NCBI RefSeq assembly: GCF_009914755.1
Contig: NC_060928.1
Source of the DNA: the human T2T-CHM13v2.0 reference genome, Homo sapiens
Length of the DNA: 64,000 nt
Reading direction: 5' to 3' (one strand)
A program made the translations under genes and the position numbers. Shown piece by piece: positions 31,093 to 43,735 of this stretch (its first letter is position 1; each line of letters starts with the position of its first letter). Below the pieces are notes generated by a model. That model made no database searches and was not told where the DNA came from. It was given only the letters and a program-made list of their open reading frames with translations.

Positions 31093-32631
31093 CAACCAGA
31101 GGCTTTGAATTTGCCATTGAACCTTTGAATCTAGCATTGCCCTAGCAAATACTTAGGGCATTGCAATGGGAATTGAATTTTATCAAATTGAATTCAGATA
31201 TGTAAACAGATAACCGGGTGAAGTGTGATTAGTGATATTTGAGAGAGTTTTGCACAGAGTGCTGGGGAACACAAAGGGCAGCATAAACAACTGCCACAGG
31301 GAGCCTGCGGGCCTCCCAGAGGTGTCATTCGAGCTGTCTTGAAAGATGAGAAGGTGCTTGCCAGACACTCGAGGGGGGCACACAGTCTCCGCAGGTCACA
31401 TTTATGTCAACGTGTTTCTTAAGAGAGGCCCTTGGATCCTCTAAATCCTGTCGTTTCTTTCATTTATGTAACTTTAGAAAAATGAATGCTTGATTTACCA
31501 GCAGCTTTGGATCAAGCCTATAGACTGTACAGGCTTCTCTTCCAGCAAACGATCATCTTAGTACTTCTAGGGGATAAAGCCAAAAAATACCCCAAACCAA
31601 CCAAACAAACAAACAACAACAAAAAAGCTATTGAATTTATTACCCCTACAATGTCCATTTTAATCTTCTTTTTCCTTATTAAAATAAATAAATTTTTTTT
31701 TCTTCTAAATTGGCCCAAGTGAAGCCAAGATTTCGTTCCCATGATCCTTTCATCATTTCAACAGACGCACACTGAATGCCTCCCACGGATAAGGCACTGC
31801 TCCGGACTCTAGGCTGACAAAGAACAAACAGCAAGACAGTTTCTGCTCCCACGGAGACCAAAAATTGACACCAAACAGAAAGCTAAAGTCAGCATGGAAA
31901 ATGTCCTCCACTACTGTTTACTGTTAAAGCATAATCTATTGTTTACATACATGCACACAGATTAAGTGTTAAGCTTCTTGAAATAAATGACTAATTCTGA
32001 ACTGCAGTTCAGAGGTCCAAGGAACGATGAAGAAGGCTATCCTATGACTGGAAGATTTACCAGGAAAAGGAAAAAGCATCCTTAGTCTAAACTTCACTGG
32101 GCACATATTTTAAGAAGCCTCAGAAAGTTCATTCCATGCAGAAAAACATCCCCCAAAAGGAGCATTTAAAACAGAACTTAAATTTTATATTAAGGACTTG
32201 GATATGTATATGTATTTTCAAAAATCGATATCATTTTATTTTCATTTCTTTATGGTGAATTTTGATGTTTTACTATCATAGAACTGGAACCCCAATTTCT
32301 AATAATTCTTATTATTGGTCTAATAATATAGAACTTAAGAATTAGGAGACAAGGACATAGTTTACCAAGGCTTGACATGCTTGGCCCATCTAGGAACTAC
32401 TTAGTGCTTGAGTTGGGGAGGGCCTATGATAGATGAGATTGCTCACCCTGATGCTGCCAATTCCAAATGCCCATCTTCTCTTCTCCATCTCTTCTGGTCA
32501 ATAGCTTAGCTGTCCTTAAAGGATAAATTCAACACCAACCCAGTTTATTCTCTGATACCTCCCGTTCCTGGAAATGAGTGTTTTATTTTTTCCCTCCAGA
32601 CTCCTACAGCAGCTCATTTGTATCTGTCTAG

Positions 32632-32672
<41 letters not shown>

Positions 32673-32673
32673 T

Positions 32674-32750
<77 letters not shown>
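32632..32750. repeat. Compound microsatellite (CT)n(CA)n(GA)n
   Basis: Read directly. Confidence 0.95.
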
Positions 32751-32751
<1 letters not shown>

Positions 32752-32909
32752 GGGTTAACATTTTCCACCTGGCTTATAATTTTTGGTAAATATGTCATAT
32801 CCCCTACTAAGTGACCACCTCCTTGGAGTCAGTGCTATTTTCCTTCATTTCTTTATATCTCATTTCCTCCACCCTCATCTGAATACCTATCTCAAAATTA
32901 AACCATAAT

Positions 32910-33222
<313 letters not shown>

Positions 33223-33409
33223 AACCATATTGGACACTCAGCTGTGATTCAGTGACTTCAGTGATTGGGATTTCAGGCTAGATAAATATATGCAAGAATG
33301 TCTGCCTCTCTTCCCACTGCCATTATCCATAGCATAACTCCTTAAACATTATTTCCTAAAGTAGTTCCATGGAACAGTAATTCTAAGGAATATTTAAAAA
33401 GTATTTCTT

Positions 33410-34498
33410 TTTTTAAAAAAATTTTATTATTATTATACTTTAAGTTTTAGGGTACATGTGCACAACCTGCAGGTTTGTTACATATGTATACATGTACCAT
33501 GTTGGTGTGCTGCACCCATTAACTCGTCATTTAGCATTAGGTATATCTCCTAATGCTATCCCTCCCCCCTCCCCCCACCCCACAACAGTCCCTGGTGTGT
33601 GATGTTCCCCTTCCTGCGTCCATGTGTTCTCATTGTTCAATTCCCACCTATGAGTGAGAACATGCGGTGTTTGGTTTTTTGTCCTTGCAATAGTTTACTG
33701 AGAATGATGGTTTCCAGCTTCATCCATGCCCCTACAAAGGACATGAACTCATCATTTTTTATGGCTGTATAGTATTCCATGGTGAATATGTGCCACATTT
33801 TCTTTTTTTCTTTTTTTAAATTTTATTTATTATTATTACTATTATTATTATTATTATACTTTAAGTTTTAGGGTACATGTGCACAATGTGCAGGTTAGTT
33901 ACATATGTATACATGTGCCATGCTGGTGCGCTGCACCCACTAACTCATCATCTAGCATTAGGTATATCTCCCAATGCTAACCCTCCCCCCTCCCCCCACC
34001 CCACAACAGTCCCCAGAGTGTGATGTTCCCCTTCCTGTGTCCATGTGTTCTCATTGTTCAATTCCCACCTATGAGTGAGAATATGTGGTGTTTGGTTTTT
34101 TGTTCTTGCGATAGTTTGCTGAGAATGATGATTTCCAATTTCATCCATGTCCCTACAAAGGACATGAACTCATCATTTTTTATGGCTGCATAGTATTCCA
34201 TGGTGTATATGTGCCACATTTTCTTAATCCAGTCTATCATTGTTGGACATTTGGGTTGGTTCCAAGTCTTTGCTGTTGTGAATAGTGCCTCAATAAACAT
34301 ACATGTGCATGTGTCTTTATAGCTGCATGATTTATAGTCCTTTGGGTATATACCCAGTAATGGGATGGCTGGGTCAAATGCTATTTCTAGTTGTAGATCC
34401 CTGAGGAATCGCCACACTGACTTCCACAACGGTTGAACTAGTTTACAGTCCCATCAACAGTGTAAAAGTGTTCCTATTTCTCCAGATGTGGAGAAATA
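33410..34498 (-). mobile_element. Composite of two L1PA 3' ends (older-type 33410-33802; L1PA2-like 33803-34484) with 14-bp inverted tip
   Basis: Two successive antisense L1PA 3'UTRs each with a poly-T; one TSD taaaaagtatttctt at 33395-33409 and 34497-34511. Confidence 0.92.
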
Positions 34499-34584
34499 AA
34501 AAGTATTTCTTGAAAATGTTTATGGTTAAATACTTTGGGCGATTCTGAATTAAACAAAGTTAAATAAGATTTTTTCTTGCAGGA

Positions 34585-35057
34585 TGTATTAGTCTGTTCT
34601 CACATCTAGGTCATGCTGATATAAGAGGTGGGCTTCTATGGCCTTGGACAGCTCTGTCCCTGTAGCTTTGAAGGGTACAGCCTCCTCCCTAGCTGCTTTC
34701 ACGGGCTGGCATTGAGCGTCTGCAGCTTTTCCAGGCACATGGTGCAAGCTGTCTGCGGATCTACTATTCTGGGATCTGGAGGACGTGGCCCTCTTCTCAC
34801 AGCTCCACTAGGCAGTGCCCCAGTGGGGATTCTGTGTGGGGGGAATCCAACCCCACATTTCCCTTCCACATTGCTCTAGCAGAGGTGCTCCGTGAGGGCT
34901 ATAAAAAATAAATAAATGCACTATCCTGAGAACAGCATGGGGGAAACCACCCCCATGATGCAATCACCTCCTACCAGATCTCTCACTAGATACATGAGGA
35001 TTATGCGGATTACAATTCAAGATGAGATTTTCATGGGGACACAGCCAAACCATATCA
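34585..35057 (-). mobile_element. Internally deleted THE1/MST element (LTR stub, internal piece, LTR part)
   Basis: tgtattagtctgttctcaca, then THE1-int text (ggccttggacagctctg...cagctccactaggcagtgcccc), then acagccaaaccatatca. Confidence 0.85.
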
Positions 35058-35151
35058 TGGGACTTCTCAAATTGTAGGCATTGAGGAGATAAAGTGAATA
35101 ATGTATCCCAAAATTATTTGACCAGAGAAACCTTGATAATTTTCCTAGAAT

Positions 35152-35675
35152 GTGTATTCATTTTCTATTGGCACTGTAACAAAGTATCATAAACATAGTG
35201 GCTTAAAACAACACAAATTGTAGTTCTAGAGATCAGAAGTCTCAAATGAGTCAGCAGGCCTGGCTCCTTCTGGAGGTTCTAGGGGAGAATCCCTTTCCTT
35301 GTGTTTTTCAGCTTCTAGAGGCCACCTGCCTTCCTTGGCTTGTGGCCCCTTCCTCCCTCTTCAAAACCAGCTGCATAGCATCTTCCAGTCTTCCTCTCTC
35401 CCTCCCTCCCTTCCTCCCTCCCTCCCTCTGTTCCTCCCTGTCTCCCTCCCTCTCTCTCTGTGACCTCTGCTTCTACCATCACATCCTCTCCTGTGATTTT
35501 GACATTTCTGCCTCCCTCTTATAAAGACCCTTGTGAATATACTGGGCCCATCTAGATAATCCAGGCTCATCTTCCAACTGCAACATGCTTAACTTCAGCA
35601 CATCTGATCCCCTGTTCACAGTTCTGGGAATTGGAAAGTGGACGTCTTTGGAGAGCCATTATTCTACCTGCCCCA
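35152..35675 (-). mobile_element. MLT1D-like LTR
   Basis: gtggcttaaaacaacac...cagcttctagaggccacctgc...ccattattctacctgcc. Confidence 0.85.
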
Positions 35676-36130
35676 GGACATGTGTTCTGCGGCAGCACTG
35701 CCTGCAGTCAGGGCGTTTGCCTCCATTCTGAGACCTGTGTGGAACGCCCAACCACCATGTACGACGTTATTTCTAAGAGAAAGTGAATTCTGAGTTGTGA
35801 AACAAAACAAATTAACATCTGTGATACACAGCCATGGATAAACTGTGAACTCTTTTTATAGTAACCTTGGCAGTGATAATCAAATAAAGACCAGTAAAGG
35901 CTTTCTTGTACATGAATCTGCTTAAACTCCCTTCTCTCAGTCCCAGATGTAGAGCTCTTGTTTTCACAATACATCAGACAAATTGTGTGCTAGAACTGCC
36001 CAGAAGAATTATTTTCTGTCAAAATCAAGACCTTTTAAACTGTATATAAATATGAACCTATTGTATATTGAAGTAAGAACAAAACTCATCATTTTGTGAT
36101 AAGTTTACTCTTTATTCAAGAAGGTATACT

Positions 36131-36451
<321 letters not shown>

Positions 36452-37004
36452 TTAACTTTTAACAATGTCATATCCAGTGCCCAACAGATTTCAGCAACAT
36501 ATATCTAATCCTGTAGTTACTAAATAGGGCGTGATACAAATGTGAAATCTAATGTGAAGACTTGTGGGAAGAGGTTCATGATGAGGAACAGTAGAGAAAT
36601 GAAATGAGTTGAAAAGAACTCAGACCAAGAGATAGAAAAAGGATTAAAGTCTAATATATACCATATCATGAAAATTTTGTTTTAAAAATAAGCTTTGGGA
36701 AAGAAAAAAAACCATAAACATTTTCCCATGCAGAAAAAACAAAGTACTCAAAGGAAGACCCCGGATTTTAAGTAGAATGAGAAGACCTTTTCCTGATCTG
36801 AAAAAAAGTGAACTTTTCCCTGCAAAACACAGACATGAAAGATCTTTGAAATTCCACATAGATTCATGATACCTGAAATTAAATGGAATGGGATAAGATT
36901 GATTAATATTAGCTTCTCTTCACCCGAAACAGACAACACTTAACACAAGACTATGAGTTCCTCCATGGCAGGGACAGTGTCTGATTCATCTTTGAGTGCC
37001 CAGC

Positions 37005-37366
37005 TGATTAGTCCATTCTCATGCTGCTAATAAAGACATACCCAAGACTGGGTAATTTATAAAGAAAAAGCGGTATAATGGACTCACAGTTCCACTTGGC
37101 TGGGGAGGCCTCACAATCATGGTGGAAGACAAAGGAAGAGCAAAGGGATGTTTTACATGGCGGCAGGCAAGAGAGCTTGTGCAGAGTCACTCCCCTGTAT
37201 AAAACCATCAGATCTCGTGAGACTTATTCATTATCATGAGAACAGCAGGGGAAAAACCTGCCCCCATGACTCACTTACCTCCCACTGGGTCCATGGCATG
37301 ACACGTGGGGATTATTACAATTCAAGGTGAAATTTGTAGGGGGGCACACAGAGCCAAACCATGTCA
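37005..37366 (-). mobile_element. THE1B/C-like solo LTR inserted in an L2 tail
   Basis: tgattagtccattctcatgctgctaataaagacatacc...agccaaaccatgtca; TSD ccagc. Confidence 0.9.
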
Positions 37367-38491
37367 CCAGCCTCGGGATACACCCACCACATAAAATGAT
37401 CAAAGTTTGTTATCATAGCACTGCTTCATTTGGGGGAGACTATTTAAAAGAAATTGGCAAAAGAAAGGGTGTGTGAGAAAAGAAAAATAAAAAGTATGGT
37501 ATACTGTAGACTGTTGAGATTTTCTGAGGACATGTCTAGAGATTTTCTTCCTTCCCAAATTGTTCCTTTCACTCCAGCATATAATTTTCCCTAAAAGAAA
37601 AATGCAGTATGAGTAGAGAATAACAAAAGTATATTGAGATTCAGATGTTGATATTAAGTTATGAGAATCATTCTTCAACAAAATTGCAAATTGCTACTTG
37701 TTGTATACCCAGTGTCATACACATAATCAATCTCAGAGACTCACTTACAAATAGTCAAATTGGTGTATACTCAGTCAAAGAATGCTTATAGGCTATTATG
37801 TTTTATTTAGAAGATCAGGAAAAAAGTTTCTGTTTTTTTTTTATATTCCAATACTGGAGCATCCTCTATCCTGCTTTTGTTGAGGTTGTAAAATCACTGA
37901 GGACAGCCTATGACTTCTTTTTCTATCCTCTGTTTGTGTAGTTTGATATTATAGGCTTTGTGGGCACTCAGTGAGTAGTTGATGACTTGGATTAAATGGA
38001 AAAATATAGCAATAAGAGCACTATAAAAGTCAGCATAGGTAGGCATAAAATGCTTAGGAATACATTCTTTTACATAGTGAACTATCTTGATATATTTTCC
38101 TATCTCTTTACTAGTATTCCATTATTAGATGGGCCGATTGTAAAGGACAAAGTCACAGGCAAGACTTTGCAGTATACAGTGGCAAAAGATTCTATAAAAG
38201 AAAATGTGTAACTGATTTCAGACCAATCCAACAGCGGGCATTTGTAAGCCAGGCCCAGGAAATTTCAATCAGAAGCAATAATGTACCATTCACAGCAATA
38301 TGACAGTGGTAAAGAAAAAAGTGGTGAAGCTTCAAAATACCCAATTCTCTAGGGTGATGGGATTTAAGTGAGCAACATGGAGCAATTAAGCCAAGGAAGC
38401 AGCTAAGAGATACATAAAAGGAATCAAAATTGAATAAGGAACAACTAACGTTATTGCTTATGTTTCAGAGGCAAACAAAATGAAAAGTAAA

Positions 38492-38853
38492 ACCATGATC
38501 TGAATGTTTGCATCCCCCCCTGAAATTCATATGTTAAGATGCTAACCCTTAAGGTGATAGTATTAGGATATACAGCCTTTGGGGGGTGATTAGGCCATGA
38601 GGGCAGAGCCCTTATAGATGGGATTAATGTTTTTATGAAGGAGACCCAAGAGAGTTCCCTCATACCTTCTGCCACATGAAGACACAGCAAGAAGGCACCA
38701 TCTAAGAACCAGAAATTGGACCCTCACCAGACACCAAATCTGGAGCCTTGGAATTTCCAGCCTCCAGAACAATGAGAAATACATAAATTTCTGTTGTTTA
38801 TAAGCTACCCAATTTATGGCATTTTGTTATAGCAGCCCAAATGGACAGGGACA
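38492..38853 (+). mobile_element. MLT1A-like LTR
   Basis: ctgaatgtttg...aaattcatatgtt...gttatagcagcccaaatggac. Confidence 0.85.
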
Positions 38854-40364
38854 CCTGGGACATAGAGATAGTTCTCTGGAAGTGGCTTGACCCTCTCCAG
38901 TAGTTTGAACCTCTGGGATAGATCTGGCCAAGTCCAAATGGAGACATGACATTTATGTGGAGACTGTGTTGTCACAGCAATAAGTTCAGTAATATTAAGA
39001 GAGGGATGGAAGTAATACATTTAGGACTTTTAAAAGTGAGATACTTTTTGTAATGTTAATAGAAAGTATTGAGTTTGATCTTTTCTACTTGAGGTTCTTC
39101 ATGGATAATGTGAGTCTTTAACAGATTAAGACTTTGGGATGGAAGAGGTCAATAAAAGGATATTTTGAGTTTAAGGAAATACTTTATACTGTGATGTGCA
39201 AGTGGGAGGACACATGGCTCGCTTAATACAAACAACCAGCATTCCAGAATACGGGAGTTTCCAGGCTTAGAGGGGAGGGCAGTCAGAACATGGCTATAAA
39301 TATGCGGGGAAAAGATGCGTCAATTTTCATGGCAAAATATTGTAAGAAATAGCTGTAAAAGCTACACAAATTCCAAAAGTCAGAAGTTTAAAGTTTATGG
39401 AAATGCAGATAAATGAATGCTTCAAAAATGGGGTTAATCCTAGAAAAAGTGTAAGAAAGACTAAAAAAAAATGACATGAAGGTATTAAGACAATTTAGGT
39501 GATTACTCATATCAAGTAGGAAGGTGGGTCTCAGAGAAACCTATGGGCATATGCTAGAAAAGCACATGGAATTTAATTTTTCTAAGGAAACAAAACTTAA
39601 AAATGGAAATGTTTCATAACTGACAATACAGAAGGGCAAAAATTGACTTTATATAAATGTAAATGTTTCAGAAATTATTTTTGCCTTTGGTCGTGAATCC
39701 AGAATATATTTTTCTAATAAACAACCTCTGTAAGAATGAGTATCTGTGAAAACTTCTGCGTTATTGGGAAAATAACACAGGAACAATAGAAAACATTATC
39801 ATTATCTTGTTTTATCAACCTGTTCTCTTATCCTAAGAATATGATGAGAAATTATACTGTAATAACACAATACAAATCTTTGGGTATTAGAGATCATTTT
39901 GAAATAGAATAGATGCAATGTGAGAGGGTTGTAAATTTGGCAAGATATATTTTTCTTACGCATAGTTTAGGGATTAAGTAGTTTCATTCAGTATAAACAT
40001 TGCCTCTGTTAATACTAAAAAGGAAAGCGTCCCTGAAATAACCCTACCTTTCCTTTTCAGGTAGGTAAATTTCTCCATCAGGATAAGAGTCAGGAATTTG
40101 ATGGAGACTGTAATTCAGTGAATGTGCAGTTTTTAGAGAGTGTGAAAAGCAATAATAATGTCAGTGTTTTATTACAGGTATCAGTTTGTTTCCTCCATCT
40201 CTTCCATTTTTTTGCATATTATGTGATGACCATGATGAAAGGTAATGTACTTTCTTTCACAGAAATGGAGGATACAGGACAGAATTGATAACAGTGGGAC
40301 ACTCCCCCTGCCAATTTCATAAGCTTTGTGCTCATAGATTTGCATGCTGTACTTTTTATTTCAG

Positions 40365-40448
40365 TGACGTTTAACAAAGTCATGGCCATGGAGGAAAGTA
40401 AACTTACAAAGAATGTCCATAATGAGGCTGTGAGTGCTGATGTTTCAG
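40365..40448 (+). other. Weak candidate exon (84 nt) with two Kozak-context ATGs
   Basis: Acceptor actttttatttcag; donor CAG|GTATGG; open frame MAMEESKLTKNVHNEAVSADVS. Confidence 0.25.
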
Positions 40449-41705
40449 GTATGGTACAAAGTGGTGACTCTGAGTTGCAAATTAAAGAGACAGAAGCCCC
40501 CTATTCTATATTCTTTTTAGTGTAGAAAAATACCTGGATTTACCAATAGATAAATTGTACAATAACCTCATCTGTCTAGGACACATCAAAGCACCTAGAT
40601 ATAAGCAAAAGCAACAGCTAAAGCAGCTTAAACAGATGCCATCCGTCCTCTGCACTAAACTCCTTTTAGGCTCTTGCTCAACATCTAGTGACTCTGTCTT
40701 TACTATAATTCTATCATGCTTGATTATCTAATTTTCTATCTCATAAGCACAAGAAGCAATAAATTAGAAAGGAGAAGCAATTATGAAAATCAGACTCACC
40801 TAACTAATAAGACACTTGAAATGTGAAAGGAAGAGGCAGAAAACTTACTTTAAAATAGGCACCAAAATACTTTAAAATAGAGGGCCATCAAGAGGGACAG
40901 ACTGTTGTATATTTACTTCAGTTTCTCCTCAAGACATCATTTTATTGCATCAAAGCTTAATAGCAATGGCCCTGAAACGTCCAGTATTCCATTCAGTATA
41001 TCATCTATTATAGAAAAATTCCCATCAAAAATGCTTTAATTTTCAAAAATGTTGATACTGATAGGGATAGGGGATTTAGTTAACATCATCCTTCAATAAT
41101 ACCAGATAAATAAGAATTATCATAATATATTACATTGAATAAGTCCTAAAATATATGTTTTTATTAGTAGTGATCAGAACATTTTGATTTTATATTCCCA
41201 TTTTATTTTTTTTCTTGCAAAATTCCTTCCAGTAACTTACAGGGAAACTGTCGATGATTGGATTTATCACACTTTCTTGGCAGAGATTAAAAAAAAAAAT
41301 GTAGCTAATTCATTCTTGCCAGTTAATTTCCTCTGTGGGGTATTTTTTGCTCTGTTTTAGTTAATTCAGAGCAGAGTTTCTCTCCCTTTAAAAAAAATAG
41401 TAGGTTGAAAATAGCTTATTTAGATGTTACACACTTTTCTCTTTAGGAAAGTAGAAATCAAAGTTAGGAACAGGAGAGCTAGGAAGACATTCTCAACATG
41501 CTAACACCAAACTTCTCTTTCTTCCCTCCCTCTTTCCCCCACATCACCAACACACACCCTCTGGCCAATATATGATTTTACAGTGTGTTTGTGAAAGCCT
41601 GGCCCAGCATAATTTTCTGTGACTCAGACAATGAGGCTTTTACCACATCTCTAGGGAGGTTACAAAGTCTATTAGACCTCTCTATTTCCTTGTTGTGCAG
41701 GGTGA

Positions 41706-41998
<293 letters not shown>

Positions 41999-43421
41999 GG
42001 TGATTTTTTTTTAATTTAAGAAATGCATCCTATTTTTCTTGATTCTGTGACTTCTTCGACTACATTATTTCTTATCTTTCCTCATTAGAAATCACTAATT
42101 TACTTTGCTGTGTGATTCATCTGCACAGTTCCACAGTTACTTGTTGGTATTTAGGAGCATAAAGGAGTTGATCTCTTATTTAAATCCCAAATCAGATTCC
42201 ATTTTCAGAAATCAAAAACGTACATATAAAATGGCGGTACATCCACCATACGTCTTAAGCTATCATTTCTTTGAAATATAAGAAAATGTGCAGCCCATTG
42301 ACCATGAACTTCAAAAAGAAGAGAGGAGGTGCACTTTGTCCTGAGGGAATTTGTGGTATCATAGGTCTTTGAAGTTGGCTCTAGCATTCATCAGTGAAGA
42401 AGCAGACCCATAGTAGTCTCATTCTTACCCTTGTATAATACAACAAGATATTCTACCCATCTGGTCCTGGAGTAGGGCGGAGGCTAGTGTTTAGTATGGA
42501 AATATTAATAGGAGGAGACAAAACAATTAGAAAGTATGCACTGAACTACTTAGTACTTGTGAAGAAGTAGAAGCATAAAACCCAGAGAAGAGGTCTTATT
42601 CTCTATGTATGAGAGTTTTATTATCTACTGTGTGCCAGGTACGATGCTCTGAGTTATTTCACAAGTACCATTTTTCTTAAGAGTCAGGGCCATGTCCCTT
42701 TATTGTCTGTAAGATGGAAAGAGAAAATGTGTCCCTTCCTCACGCTGACTGAAAGTAAACAAAAAAAAGACAATATAAATTTGTGCTCTTAAAGTTGAAG
42801 GGGAAAATAAACGGTGTAGAAAAAATAATATATTTAAAAATAAGACCAAAGTATTAACGTTAGAGGGGGGACTAGTTTTCGTTTTGGTGACTCGTGATTC
42901 AGATTTCATAAAATCTGAGGAGCCATCGATTATGTAGTGTTCAGTAGTCAATTTCCTGTTTTTCTTTCATTATTTACTTCCTGACTTTTTTTTACCAGCT
43001 TCTGGGTTTTTGTTTATGTTTTGGTGGGCTCCTTTTCATCTCCTCTGGAATGGAGTGGCATTTTGGGGGCAGTCAACCCTGACAGCTTGGTGCATATACA
43101 GTAGGCAAGCCCACGAGTTCTTTAGGAGTGGTCTTGCCTGATATATATGTGTCACAGGTGTTCCTCCTGAGTTACACTGCCGTGGAAGGATGATCAGGGG
43201 AAAAATAGCCACTTAAATGAGATGTTGCCCACAAAAATACTATCAAAGTAGCAAACTGAAAGTAGAAGTGCTGAAATGTTGTGGCAAATATTGTATAAAG
43301 CAGGCCACTAGCTCCAATTTGCAAATGTTTGGTTATATAGATATTTTCACTCTAATAGCATCTTTTTCATGCTTTTATCAGCAAGTTAATTTAGGTGTGA
43401 GTAACAGACTTAAAGAGAACC

Positions 43422-43735
<314 letters not shown>

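Noticed and set aside
31363-31383. CTCF-like motif cactcgaggggggcac
   Set aside because: Imperfect core match within a probable L2 remnant; unsupported without ChIP data.
34058-34429. 123-aa ORF on the - strand
   Set aside because: It is the C-terminus of L1 ORF2 in a 5'-truncated copy with no promoter.
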